Positions 12,970 to 24,276 of a stretch of DNA of 64,000 nt are shown one piece after another; the stretch's first letter is position 1; every line of letters begins with the position of its first letter. A program made the translations under genes and the position numbers. The notes under the pieces were generated by a model. That model was not told the origin of the DNA. It saw nothing but the letters and a program-made list of their open reading frames with translations, and did not search any database. The stretch comes from Mustelus asterias (lineage: Eukaryota), in contig NC_135808.1 of NCBI RefSeq assembly GCF_964213995.1, positions 50,778,001 through 50,842,000 of the forward strand, given 5' to 3'.

Positions 12970-13330
12970 GATAAAGTGATGGAGAAACTGAGAGGAAGAG
13001 AGGGAGGGAGAATGAGAAGAGAGAAAGAAAGAGTGAATGAGAGGGTAAACAAGGAGTGTGAGACGGGAAGGACAAGAAAGGGAGACAGCGAGAGTGTGGT
13101 GGATAGAAACAGAGACTAATGGAGAGGTACTCAGAGAGTGAAAGAGACAACAATTGAGGGAGAGATATTAATAGAGTGAGGGAGACAGACTGAGGGACAG
13201 ATATTGAGAGAGAAAGACTGAGGGACAAATATTGAGAGAGAGAGAGAGAGAGAGCAAGACAATGAGTGAGGGAGAGATATCGAGAGACAGAGACTGAGGG
13301 ACAGAGACTGAGGGAGGGAGAGAGAAGAAG
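12970..13330. repeat. GA-rich low-complexity tract upstream of the V promoter (a second lies at ~14770-14890 before the J-RSS)
   Basis: (GA)n/GAGG-rich purine strand. Confidence 0.8.
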
Positions 13331-13425
13331 AGGAAGTGAAAGGTGCTGACGTGGTTTCTCTGGGTCAGACCATTTACAAACTGAGGAACAGGCAGTGAGA
13401 CTCTGACAGGCTGCAGCTTTATAAA
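13328..13425 (+). promoter_or_regulatory. IgL V promoter: PU.1/IRF (EICE) site, TGACGTGG, degenerate octamer, TATA
   Basis: GGAAGTGAAA 13332-41; TGACGTGG 13347-54; ATTTACAA 13372-79; TATAAA 13420-25, about 60 nt upstream of the ATG. Confidence 0.7.
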
Positions 13426-13485
13426 GCAGAGCCCAGTGAAGGGAGAGTTTATCAGTAACCAGGCACAGGGACACGACCACACACC

Positions 13486-13534
13486 ATGATTTCAGCCATC
13501 CAGCTGCTCTGGCCTCTGGCATTCTGCATCGCAG
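13486..13534 (+). CDS. Ig light chain leader exon (MISAIQLLWPLAFCIA-G)
   Basis: ATG at 13486 in ACACCATGA context; 16 hydrophobic codons plus 1 nt; GT donor at 13535; phase-1 splice restores Gly-Ile-Ser-Gly ahead of the V domain. Confidence 0.93.
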
Positions 13535-13720
13535 GTACAAATCTCTCTCCTTCCACCTTGAATATTTTCCTGCTCTCCATTTCAATCCAATTCTCCTGAC
13601 TTGTGATTGAAGAGAAAATGCTGAAAGGAGAGGAACAGTCAGTGTCTCCAACAATATCTCATTGTACAGCGTCTTTCTGTGACAGTTCTTACTTCACTCT
13701 GTTTCTCTATTACCCCTCAG

Positions 13721-14018
13721 GTATCAGTGGAGACATCATCATGACCCAGTCTCCCCCGGTGCTGTCAGTGAGCCTGGGCCAGACCGCCACCATCACCTGT
13801 ACGGCCAGTCAATCTGTTCGCAGTTACGTGAATTGGTACCAACAGCGAGAAGGACAGAAACCGGCTCTGCTGATCTACTATGCATCAACACGATTCACAG
13901 GAATATCCGACCGATTCACCGGCAGTGGATCTGGGACACAATACACCCTGACAATCAGCAATGTACAGAATGAGGATGTCGCTGATTATTACTGTCAGAA
14001 CGGTTACAGCTCCCCCTA
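13721..14018 (+). CDS. Ig light chain V segment, kappa type (elasmobranch type III/NS4-like), unrearranged
   Basis: Acceptor ...tacccctcAG ends at 13720; [36 protein letters not shown] with both Cys and Trp; no stops; ends at the RSS heptamer. Confidence 0.96.
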
Positions 14019-14046
14019 CACAGTGATACAGAGCCTTACAAAAACC
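14019..14046 (+). other. 12-bp-spacer recombination signal sequence of V
   Basis: CACAGTG (14019-25) + ATACAGAGCCTT (12 nt) + ACAAAAACC (14038-46); heptamer and nonamer are perfect consensus. Confidence 0.97.
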
Positions 14047-14054
14047 CCAACACA

Positions 14055-14594
14055 CACAGCACCACCTCCTGTACTGACACATCCCACAGTTTCATAGAAT
14101 ATATAATAATGGACACACAGTCCCACCTCCTGTACTGACACATCCCACAGTTTTATATAATATATAATAATGGACACACAGTCCCACCTCCTGCACTGAC
14201 ACATCCCACAGTTTTATATAATATATAATAATGGACACACAGTCCCACCTCCTGTACTGACACATCCCACAGTTTTATATAATATATAATAATGGACACA
14301 CTCCCACCTCCTGTACTGACACATCCCACAGTTTTATATAATATATAATAATGGACACACAGTCCCACCTCCTGTACTGACACATCCCACAGTTTTATAT
14401 AATATATAATAATGGACACACAGCACCACCTCCTGTACTGACACATCCCACAGTTTTATATAATATATAATAATGGACACACAGTCCCACCTCCTGTACT
14501 GACACATCCCACAGTTTTATATAATATATAATAATGGACACACAGTCCCACCTCCTGTACTGACACATCCCACAGTTTTATATAATATATAATA
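14055..14594. repeat. 61-bp minisatellite, ~9 copies, between the V and J RSSs
   Basis: Unit cacagtcccacctcctgtactgacacatcccacagttttatataatatataataatggaca; copies near-identical. Confidence 0.95.
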
Positions 14595-14894
14595 AAGACA
14601 AGAAAAGAAACTGGACAAATTATTTGCACTGTCCACTACACACTCCAGTCCCTGTGGTGTCCACCGCTCGCTGAAGGCCTCGAGTTTCCCTCTTACTCTC
14701 CATGTCCACATATGAAGAGCAGCTGAAAGATTTATCATCTCAAATTAGAATTCTCAATTCTCCCAACAAAACACTGAGACATTGAGAGAAACAGAGAGAG
14801 AGAAACAGTGAGAGAGAAACAGAGAGAGAAAGAGTGAGGGAGAAAGAGTGAGAGAGAAGAGATGAGTGAGTGAGTGAGTGAGGCAGAGAGCAGA

Positions 14895-14933
14895 GGTTTT
14901 TGTACAGCTCCTGCACTGGAAGCTGTCAGTGTG
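14895..14933 (-). other. 23-bp-spacer recombination signal sequence of J
   Basis: GGTTTTTGT (14895-903) + 23 nt + CAGTGTG (14927-33; reads CACACTG on the - strand, CAC intact). V12/J23 is the kappa configuration. Confidence 0.95.
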
Positions 14934-14968
14934 CCTTACGTTCGGTAAAGGAACCAAACTCAGACTGA
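14934..14968 (+). CDS. Ig light chain J segment (LTFGKGTKLRL)
   Basis: FGxGT motif; GTAAGT donor at 14969; phase 1 matches the C exon. Confidence 0.95.
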
Positions 14969-15796
14969 GTAAGTAAAGCCCAATCCTCCGTTATTAACCC
15001 TTTCAATGCTGAAACTTTCTCAAACACAAATGCTGAATAGTTGAAGGTGTTGGTGAGGAAGCTGCAGTCAATGAAATGGTTGATTGAAGAACATTGTGTG
15101 GAACAGGGAGCCCAGCTGTATTTCTTTCCTTCCATTCCCCCCTTTAAGCAGCAAGATATAAGTAAGCAGCTTTTACCCACCGTGTGGAGGAGATCTGGAC
15201 GTTTGCAGACTGTGCTCACATTCCTGCAGCATGGAGTGAAATCACTCTCTAGACTCCTGTCAGTCTCAGTGTGACACACACAGGCAGAGTTTGATGTGAA
15301 GTCGGACTCCCTGTCACACTCTCTGATATAACTGATCACAGCACCAGCACAGTGAGACACCGAGGTGCCACCTCCCCCAGCTTTCACTCTGCTCTCTCCA
15401 CTCCCTGCTTATCTCTTGCTAAAGTTCTGATGACAAACAGCTACAGCAGGGCCCACAATCCAGTGGCTTCAGTGTTCCAGGCTTTTGGGGAGACTCTCAG
15501 TTACTTTCTCTTTGGGACGAGTTCAGTCCGATATTTATCCCGGATCCAACATCACTGAAAATGCTGATTGTTCTCATTGCATTGTGTGGGATCTTGCTGT
15601 GTACACGTTGTGACCAGTCCTCAGACAAAGTCCCTCATTTGTTAACTTCCTGAACTGGATCCCAATTTTGTTTTGCTCCTGAGTGAGGAGTAATCAGCTG
15701 GAACCCCGCACTCGATTGGTCACAACAGGGTTCATTTTAAAATGATCCCTTCACCCGTGGAAACCTTACACAGTCCACGTAGTCCTTTATTAGCCT

Positions 15797-16017
15797 TTGA
15801 ATCTCTACAGTGCAGAAGGAGGCTATTCAGTCCATCGAATCTGTACCAACTCTCTGAAAGAGCTTCTTACCCAGGCTCCCCACCCTATCCCTGTAACTCT
15901 GCGCATTTACCATTGCTAATCCACCGAAAGAACACACTAGGGGTAATTTAGCATGGCCAATCCATCCGACCTGCAGATCTTTGGACTGTGGGAGGAAACT
16001 GGACCATCCGGAGGAAT
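15797..16017 (-). mobile_element. HE1-like SINE, 3' part (J-C intron)
   Basis: V-domain plus CR1-derived tail. Confidence 0.8.
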
Positions 16018-16446
16018 GTCTCAACTCACATTCTGTCACACCCGCACCAGTACACACAGCTCAGGTGTGCAGTTGGATTGTTAACCCATTTCCCTGTTGT
16101 TTCCTGAAAGATAACAAACAAACATGTCTTTCACCCCAGAGTCAGTTTACTTTGAACTCAGACCATTTCCACATTCTGAGGTATAACTCAACAGCAGATG
16201 GGTTTTGAATGTCTGCTGAGATGTGACAATCAGTCTCCATTGTTTCCGTAACAAAAGGAGATTAAAGTTTAGTCTGAGACATTTTTTCTATCTCCATTTC
16301 TATTTCCTGTTTGATGAAATCCCTGACATCTTTCAGGTGTGACATTCCATCTTCTCTCAGGACAATCAGTCAAATATAACCCACATTGGAATTTTCCAGA
16401 AGCTGGTCACTTTACATTCTCGGCCATCTTGGCTCAGTCATCGTCT

Positions 16447-17600
16447 CATAGAAATTTACTGCACAGAAAGAGGCCCTTCAGCCCATCCTGTCTCTGCCGG
16501 CCATTAAGCACCCAACTATTCTAATCCCATTTTCCAGCACTTGGTCCGTTGCCTTGTATGGTTTGGAACTTCAAATGCTCATCTAAATACTTCTTAAATG
16601 TTGTGAGGGTTCCTGTGTCTCCCACCCTTTTAGGCAGTGAGTTCCAGATTCCCAACAGCCTCTGAGTGAAAAAGTTTTTCCTCCAATCCCTCAAAATCTT
16701 CTGCTTCTGAGATGAAATCTATGCTCCCTGGTTTTTGAACCTGCTGCTAAAAGGGGAAAAGTTTCTTCGTATCTGCTCTATGTCTTCATAATTCTGACCT
16801 GCTGCGGCCTTGGTGAGGCCGCACTGGGAATATTGTGCGCAGTTTTGGTCTCCCTATCTCAGGAAGGATATATTTGCTCCAGAGGGAGTGCAGAGAAGGT
16901 ATCCCAAACTGATTTCTGTTATAATGGGACTGATGTATGAGGAGACATTGAGTTGGTTAAGACTTACATTCACTGGAGTTCAGAGGAATAAGGAGGCAAC
17001 TCATGGAGACCTATAAAATTCTAACAGGTGAGGAGGATTAGTGAGGTAAATACATGGGGTTATGGGGTAAGAGTCGATGCAGACTCGATGGACCGAATGG
17101 CCTCCGCCTGCACTTTAGGGATTCTATTGTCCATGTCTGTGCCGGCCACCAAGCACCTATCAATTCCAATCCCATTTTCCAGCATTTGGTCCGTTGCCTT
17201 GTATGCTTTGGAATTTCAAGTGCTCATCTAAATGTTTCTTAAATGTTTCTTAAATGTTGTGAGTGCTCCCACCTCCACCACCCTTTCAGGCAGTGAGTTC
17301 CAGATTCCCAGCACCCTCTGGGTGAAAAGATTTCCCTCAAGTCCCTCAAAATCTGCTGCCTCTGTGATTAAGGGGAAAAGTTTCCTCATATCCACCCTAT
17401 CTCTGTCCCTCGTAATTCTGTCTTTCTGCAGTTATACAGGACCTTGGTGAGGCCACACTGGGAATGATGTGTACAGTTTTACTCTCCTTTTCTGAGGAAG
17501 GATGTTTTTGCGACAGAGGGAGTGCAGCAAAGGTTTACTGGAATGATTTCTGCGATAGTGGGATTGATGTAGGAGGAGAGATTGCGTTGGTTAAGATTAT
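16447..17600. mobile_element. Cluster of short CR1 and SINE fragments in both orientations (J-C intron)
   Basis: VRPHWEYCAQFWSP; two similar CR1 3' ends on the - strand (~16450-16790, ~17130-17410). Confidence 0.75.
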
Positions 17601-17607
17601 ATATTTT

Positions 17608-17871
17608 TTAAAGTTTATTTATTAGTCACAAATAGGCTTAAATTCACACTGCAATGAAGTCACTGTGAAAATCCCCATGTGGCCACATTCCGGCGCCTGT
17701 TCGGGGATACTGAGGGAAAATTTAGCTTGGCCAATTCACCTAGCCTGCACACGTTTTGAACTGTGGGAGGAAACCGTAACACCTGGAGGAAACCCACACA
17801 GAAATGGAGAGAATGTGCAAACTCCACACAGACAGTGACCCAAGCTGGCAATTGAACTTGGGTCCCTGGCG
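17608..17871 (-). mobile_element. V-domain SINE, tail type B
   Basis: Same body and tail as 8233-8564. Confidence 0.85.
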
Positions 17872-17889
17872 TATAACTGGGTATAACTT

Positions 17890-18720
17890 TGTGCTGGGTA
17901 CAACTCCAACCAGTGGATAGTTTTCCCCTGATTCCCATGGGCTCCAGTTTTGCGAGGGCTCCTTGATGCTACACTTGCTCAAATGCTGCCTTGATGTCAA
18001 GGGCAGTCACTCTCACCTCACCTCTGGAGTTCAGCTCTTTTGTCCATGTTTGAACCAAGGCTGTAATGAGGTCAGGAGCTGAGTGATCCTGGCGGAACAC
18101 TAACTGAGTGTCAGTGAGCAGATTATTGCTGAGTAAGTGCTGCTTGGTAATCGCTCTGGATATGTTCAGATCACATTGCTGATGATCGAGAGTAGACTGA
18201 TGGGGCGGTTATTGTGCGGATTGGATTTGTCCTGTTTTTTGTGCACAGTTCATAACCGGGTAATTTATCACAATGTTGGGTTGATGCCAGTGTTGTAGAT
18301 GTACTGGAACAGCTTGGCGAGGGACGCGGGAAGTTCTGGAGCACACGTCTTCAGGACCTCCAGAGGAGGTCGAGATGGATCATCCACGCGGCACTTCTGG
18401 CTGAAGATTGCTGCAAATGCTTCAGCCTTATCTTTTGCACTAATGTTCTGGGTTCCTCCGTCATTGAGGATGGGGATATTTGTGGAGCCTCCTCCTCCAG
18501 TGAGTTGTTTAATTGTCCACCACCATTCACGGCTGGATGTGGCAGGACTGCAGAGCTTAGATCTGATCCATTGTTTGTGGGATGGTTTAGCTCTGTCTAT
18601 CACTTGCTGCTTCTGCTGTTTGACACACAGTCCTGTGTTGTAGCTTCACCAGGTTAACACCTCATTTTTCAGTATGTCTGCTGTTGCTCCTGCCATGTCC
18701 TCCTGCGCTCTTCATTGAAC
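17890..18720 (-). mobile_element. LINE family B fragment
   Basis: IDRAKPSH.QWIRSKLCSPATSSREWWWTIKQ, as at 7511-7620. Confidence 0.85.
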
Positions 18721-19119
18721 TGAAAGCAGCAGAGAATCCACAGAAACAGACTGATGTTTGTCTGATTTGTCTGTGTGTTTATTAGATGTGACTGAGCAGA
18801 TAGCAAGAGTTTCAGCAGCAACAAAGACATTTCTCTAGTTCACCTCCCACTTTCCGCATCCACTTCCAAAATCCTCATGGGGAAAGGGCTCAGCACCTGT
18901 CAGCGACTGGTTAAATGTCCCCCCTCTAGACTACAGGCCTCCCATAATCTGCTCTCCATCTCTCTCCTGAAGACACTCTCTCTGGCTGGGGAACAGCTCC
19001 ACCCTCCCCAAGTGGCCTCATTCCTCATTTTTCAGTATGTCTGCTGTTGCTCCTGGCATGTCCTCCTGCACTCTTCATTCAACTGAAAGCAGCAGAGAAT
19101 CCACAGAAACAGACTGATA

Positions 19120-19440
19120 CCTCAAATCCCACATCATCCAGGCTGAGATCCAGTGCAGTATTGAGCGAGTGCTGCACTGTCAGAGGTGCCGTCTTTCAGA
19201 TGAGACAAACTGATATCTGTCCTCTCAGGGGGTGTGAAAGATTCCATGGTACCATTGGAAGAAGAGCAGGGGAGTTCACCCCGATGTACTGGTCAATATT
19301 TATCCCTCAATCAACATCACTACAAATCTGCTTATCTGTTCATTCTCACTCTGCTCCCTGGGATCTTGCTGTGCACAATGAGCTGTAAAACACTTTGGGA
19401 CATTCTGAGGTGGTGACAGGTGCTATAGAAATGTAATTCT
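19120..19440 (+). mobile_element. Deu-domain SINE (SacSINE1/AmnSINE-like); shorter remnant at ~15520-15610
   Basis: gtgctgcactgtcagaggtgccgtctttcagatgagac...gaagaagagcaggggagtt...aatatttatccctcaatcaacatcac...gggatcttgctgtg, recognised from memory. Confidence 0.7.
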
Positions 19441-19949
19441 GTCTTTGAGTTGGAGATTCCTGATCCTAACCCTCACTCATTATTCACACACTCACACCCT
19501 CCAGAGTTCATGGGGTCATTCGGAGCAGTGACCCTGTCTGACCCCTGGACACTGAGACTAATTCTAACCTCACCCTTGACCTCAGCCAAGTGCTGGGGGT
19601 AAGGTTTGAAATGAAATCTGGAAGCTTCTACACTGACAGCCAATCAGAATCCTGTGTGAAGTGTGTTGATCCAAGTCTGCTGCAATGTTCTGGGATAAAG
19701 TTCTCCTGATCTGTGTGTGATCTGAGGTTTGTTGATGCTCAACCTGTTTCCCCGAGACAGACTGAGCAATAGTTCCAGCTTCCTGACTGGTTAACAGTCT
19801 CTTAAAGGGACACTGTGTCTTTAAATACTCTCACTATTAACCACTTCAGTGCTGAATTTGTTGTAACTTTCTTTATATATGCAAAATGATTTAACCAGCT
19901 TCAAATCAAACCTTTACCCCCAGACACTGAACTAATTTGAAATCGAACG

Positions 19950-20800
19950 TGTCACTTTCCCTTGAATCCCATCAGCCTGTAATTTTAAACAGCATTATCC
20001 GTCCTCCAGTCCTCCCACACCACACCTGTAGCCAGAGAGGATTGGAAAATAATGGTCAGAGTCTCTGCTTTTTCTTCCCGTGCTTCCCTTCGCATCCTGG
20101 GATACATTTCACCCGGGCCTGGGAAATTCTCCACTTTCAAAGATGATAATCACATTAATATCTCCTCCCACACTATCATTATCCCATTGATTATTTCACA
20201 ATCCCTCCCTTCCTGAACTACAATGTCAGCTTTGTCCCTCCCATTTGTGATATCTGATGTAAATTATTCATGAAGAACCATCACCGTGTCTTCTCCCTCC
20301 ACACACAAGTTATCTTTTTGCTCTCCAATCAGCCCTATTCATTCCTTAGTTATCCTCCTTGCAATGTCCCACGCTATTGCTTTGTGTGAACATATTTGTT
20401 CTGAACTCTATCTCCAGCTCGAATATCCTCCCACTGCTCTGACACTGATTTACCTTCAAGTCGCTGTTTCCTCTCCATTTTGGCAAATCCCAGTTTAGTG
20501 AAATTGGCCTTTTCCCAAGTTAAAACCTTTACCCTTGATCGATCTTTCCCCTTTTCCATAACTACTCTAAATCTAACTGTATTATGATCACTATTACCCA
20601 AATGCTCTCCCACTGATACACCTTCCACATGCTGAGATTCATTCCATAAAACTGCCCAAAACTGCCCCTTCTCTTGTTGGGATTGTTCCGTTCTGGTTAA
20701 AAAAGTTCCCCCGGAATGGATTTTCGGAATTGTGTAACGTTCAAACATTGACACTGATTTGATCCCAGTTAATATTCAGGAAGTTGAAAACCCTGAAAAT
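19950..20800 (-). mobile_element. Old CR1 ORF2 (APE region) fragment ending just upstream of the C acceptor
   Basis: VSVGEHLGNSDHNTVRF..W.KANF. Confidence 0.8.
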
Positions 20801-20834
20801 GGCAGTGATTAAAATTCCTTCTCTTCTCTTTCAG

Positions 20835-21163
20835 CCCGTGAGAATTCACAACCCACGCTGACCCTGCTGCCCCCCTCCCCGGAGGAGGTCAAGACCAAGG
20901 GCACTGCCACCCTGGTGTGCCTTGCCAATCACTTCTATCCCGATGAGGTGGAGGTGAAGTGGAAGAAGGATGGTGCAGCCATTTCCAACGGGGTTCAGAC
21001 CAGCAACTACCTGCGAGCGTCAGACAACACCTACAGCGTCAGCAGCCTGCTGACCCTCTCTGGCTCCGACTGGGAGTCCAACGCCCGCTTCTCCTGTGCC
21101 CTCACCCACGTGAGCCTCTCCTCTCCCCTCAGCAAGAGCGTCAGGAGATCAGAATGTGCCTAG
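20835..21163 (+). CDS. Ig light chain constant exon ((T)RENSQPTLTLLPPSPEEVKTKGTATLVCLANHFYP...SKSVRRSECA*)
   Basis: Polypyrimidine tract and AG end at 20834; C1-set motifs ATLVC, FYP, WK, YSVSSLL, FSCALTH; penultimate Cys for the H-L bond; TAG at 21161-63. Confidence 0.96.
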
Positions 21164-21595
21164 AGTGTTAGCGACAGTCCACAGAGGAGACACAACTTGG
21201 AATAGAACAGGGGTGAGCTGGGAGGGCAAAGGTCATTATCAGCATTGAATTACAACTCTCTTCCTCCTCGGGACAGGGTCTGAGACACTTCTGAGGGTCA
21301 GGGGTTAAAGCACGTTATTGGTATAGTGTAGAGGGAGCTTTACTTTGTATTTAACCCTGTGGTGTTACTGTCCTGGGAGTGTTTGATGGGGACAGTGCAG
21401 ACTCGTGATAACAAGTACAACCTCTGGAAGATGGTGAAGAGTGTCAGCTGTACAATAATAATGTGACCCTGTGAAGTGTCTGCTTCAGTAAACCAGACCT
21501 CCTTCCTGCTCACCCTGCAGTTACAATTGAAGCTTTAGTCACTGTTTAAAGGGACAGGATTCTCATGTTATTGAGAAAATCTCCACAAGTGTTTT

Positions 21596-21684
21596 AATAA
21601 ACCTCCATTCTCCCTGTGAATTTCTCCAGCTTCCTCTGGCTGGGCTGTTTTTTCTGTCAATGTCAATGTGTAAAAGGTAATAAA
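21596..21684 (+). terminator. Candidate polyadenylation signals of the IgL mRNA
   Basis: AATAAA at 21596-601 and 21679-84; the second is followed by GT-rich sequence. Confidence 0.6.
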
Positions 21685-21742
21685 CATTAAGAATATTCCG
21701 TTTCTGTCTGATGAGTGCTTTGGAAATGTCCCACCTCCCCAT

Positions 21743-21839
21743 CAGCTGATTGGCTGCATTTCACCAAGTGATTGTCCTGATTGGCTGTTTGGCCTGTCAA
21801 TCAATGACACATCAGCAGAAGATTGGATTCAAAGCCAAT
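21743..21839. promoter_or_regulatory. CCAAT-box cluster with PBX/PREP decamer, 3' of the C exon
   Basis: ATTGG at 21749, 21780 and 21822; CCAAT at 21835; CTGTCAATCA (= TGATTGACAG) at 21794-803; E-box CAGCTG at 21743. Confidence 0.45.
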
Positions 21840-21939
21840 GATCATTCATTTGAAAATGATCAGTTTGATCTGGAATCTCTTGAGTGACAAGATTGAAAAC
21901 AGAAAAGAAACTGAAAGTTGCTGGGATTAAACCATCACA

Positions 21940-23300
21940 ATCACAATTCTCCACCCCATATTCACCACCTCCCCCTTGACCTTAACCATCTCACGTGGTC
22001 TCACTGCTCCCATAGTTTCAATCAGAGATCAGACCATCTCTGATCACTTCCTTGTATCACTCCCCAGCCACATCCTCCTTCCACACCCCCAACCCTACCC
22101 CCTTCTGTATCCATCCCTGCAAAAACCTATTCCCCAATCCACTTACAACCGCACTTTCCAATTCCCATCTATCTTAAATTTCATTTTACCAGAAGCCAGT
22201 TGATTCTCAGACCAGCTCTGTGGGGAGGCAACCCCTTTGTTTCCCCTCACCCAACTCTTCCAGCTGTGTCCATTCACTTACAACCGCACTTTCCAAATCC
22301 CAACTATCTCGTCTCTGGCCCTCCGATCACCACAACATTTCTGCAGCGACTGATTGGCTCCCCCTCACCCCCACCTTTGATATCCTAATCCCCAATAAAA
22401 CCATGATTCCCTCTCCCCCCGGCCGTTCCCCCTGCTCCGGCCTCATCTCCACTCACTTCATCCCAGGGACACAGACTTGAAAGGATCTGGTGGACAACTG
22501 GTTTATCCATCCACTGGTTGATCTGGCTGGAGCACTTCAAACACTTCCGGCTCCTACTCTCATCTGCTAAAACTGCTGACTATTCCAGGATCATCCTGGA
22601 ATGAGAAGATAAGCTCCGGCTTCTTTTCCCAACTGCAGACCAACTTCTTAAACCCCTCTCCCCTGTCCCCTCCCCCCTCACCTCCAGCAACAAGTGTGAG
22701 GATCTCACCGAGGTCTTTGTGACTAAGATTGAGACAATCCAATCAGCTGCCTCTGCCACGTCCCTTCCTTCCTCTAACCATCTGGACAAACATCCTCTAA
22801 TTCTACCTCCCCCGCCCCCACGCACCCCACCACCCCCCACCCCCTCCCCCGCCCGAGCCCTGAACTCACATCTTTCTCTAGTTTCTCTCCAATACCCCCT
22901 CATGGCTTCTCTGAGCTCATCTTGTCCATGAGAGCGACCTGCTGTTCTCAGTCCATCTGCTGCTGAAAGCCTCATCAATGCCTTTGTTCCTCTAGACGTG
23001 ACTATCCCAATACACTCCTTGCTGCTCTCCCACATTCCACCCTCCGCACACATCAGCTCATCCCAAACTCTGCTCTCCCAGTCTGAACTCACACCAAGTC
23101 CCGTTCCCCTATCACCCCCTGTGCTCACTGGCCTACACTGGCTCCTGATCAAGCAATGTCTTGATTTTAAACTTCTCATCCTTGTTTTCAAATCCCTCCA
23201 TGTCCTCACTCCCTCCCTCTCTCTGGAATCTCCTCTAGCCCCACAACCCTTCGAGATATCTGTGTTCCTCTAATCCTGGCCTCTTGTACATTCCTGATCA
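21940..23300 (+). mobile_element. L2-clade LINE remnant
   Basis: ISDHFLV (APE); SPPVLTGLHWLLIKQCLDFKLLILVFKSLH (L2 C-terminal motif). Confidence 0.8.
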
Positions 23301-23304
23301 TAAT

Positions 23305-23988
23305 GGGCCCTATTTTACCATTGCGTCGCGCCCGTTTTTGGGTGGGAAAACGTGGTAAAGTCGGGTGTGAGGCCATTAACGCGATCCACGCCCGGGTCTG
23401 CGCAGATGGCTACTTTACCGAAACCCGGGAATGGCGGCGATCCGCTTCGCACCCGAAATGGGGGCAACGGTGATTTAAATGTATTTGCATGTATTTCAAT
23501 TGAATTAATGAACTGCCCGCCCACCTTTATCAGCATTTCCCCCTTTACCGCCACGTTCGCCGAACCGGAATCGCGCCGAAACGGACATGCTGAATAAAAG
23601 TCTGAATCGGGCGCTCCAGCTGCTGAAGAGCGAGTTCAGAGCTTCCAGCGGCTCCCTGACTCAGATCGGTGGTGGGGGGGAGGAGGGAGGCAGGTCAGAA
23701 CATTCTCTGGTTGGGGGGGTGGGGGGAGGGGAGTGAGGCCAGATCATTGTCTGGTTGGCGGGGGGCGGGGGGGGGGAGGGGCGGGGAGGGGCAGGAGGAG
23801 GAGATGGGTCAGATGTATCTCTGGTGGGGAGTGGGGGGTGGGGGGAGGGAGGACCGATCGTTGTCTGGTGGTGGGGAGGGCGGGGAGGGCTGATCGTTGT
23901 CTGGTGGGGAGGGAGGAGGGAGGCGGGTAAGATGTATCTCTGGTGAAGTGGGGGGGAGGCCCGATCGCTCACTGGTTGGGGGGGGGTG
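23305..23988. mobile_element. GC/CpG-rich probable non-autonomous DNA-transposon arm with G-rich subrepeats; similar material at ~4700-5050
   Basis: Sharp composition change starting GGGCCCTATTTTACC; internal hairpin ttttacc..ggtaaa; no ORF; family (PIF/Harbinger?) is a guess. Confidence 0.35.
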
Positions 23989-24276
23989 GGGCGGCACGGT
24001 GGCACAGTGGTTAGCACTACTGCTTCACAGCTCCAGGGTCCCGGGTTCGATTCCCGGCTCGGGTCACTGTCTGTGTGGAGTTTGCACATTCTCCTCGTGT
24101 CTGCGTGGGTTTCCTCCGGGTGCTCCGGTTTCCTCCCACAGTCCAAAGATGTGCGGGTTAGGTTGATTGGCCAGGTTAGAAATTGCCCCTTAGAGTCCTG
24201 GGATGCGTAGGTTACTGGGATTAGCGGGTAAATATGTGAGGGTAGGGCCTGGGTGGGATTGTGGTTGGTGCAGACC
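23989..24276 (+). mobile_element. HE1-like V-SINE, young
   Basis: GGCGGCACGGTGGCACAGTGGTTAGC (A box)...GGTTCGATTCC (B box), V domain. Confidence 0.92.

Noticed and set aside
12956-13654. 232-aa minus-strand ORF and similar Ser/Leu- or Pro/Gly-rich ORFs (e.g. 23661-24329)
   Set aside because: Translations of low-complexity or SINE sequence
13603-14097. 164-aa ORF as the Ig protein
   Set aside because: Includes intron and RSS; the real gene is spliced and needs V-J joining
10057-14594. Tandem arrays as CRISPR
   Set aside because: Head-to-tail repeats with no unique spacers, no cas genes, vertebrate context
23483-23490. Perfect octamer ATTTGCAT as an Ig 3' enhancer
   Set aside because: Lies within a probable transposon arm; single motif with no other support
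23989-24062. tRNA genes
   Set aside because: A/B boxes are SINE heads that continue into the V domain; no complete cloverleaf
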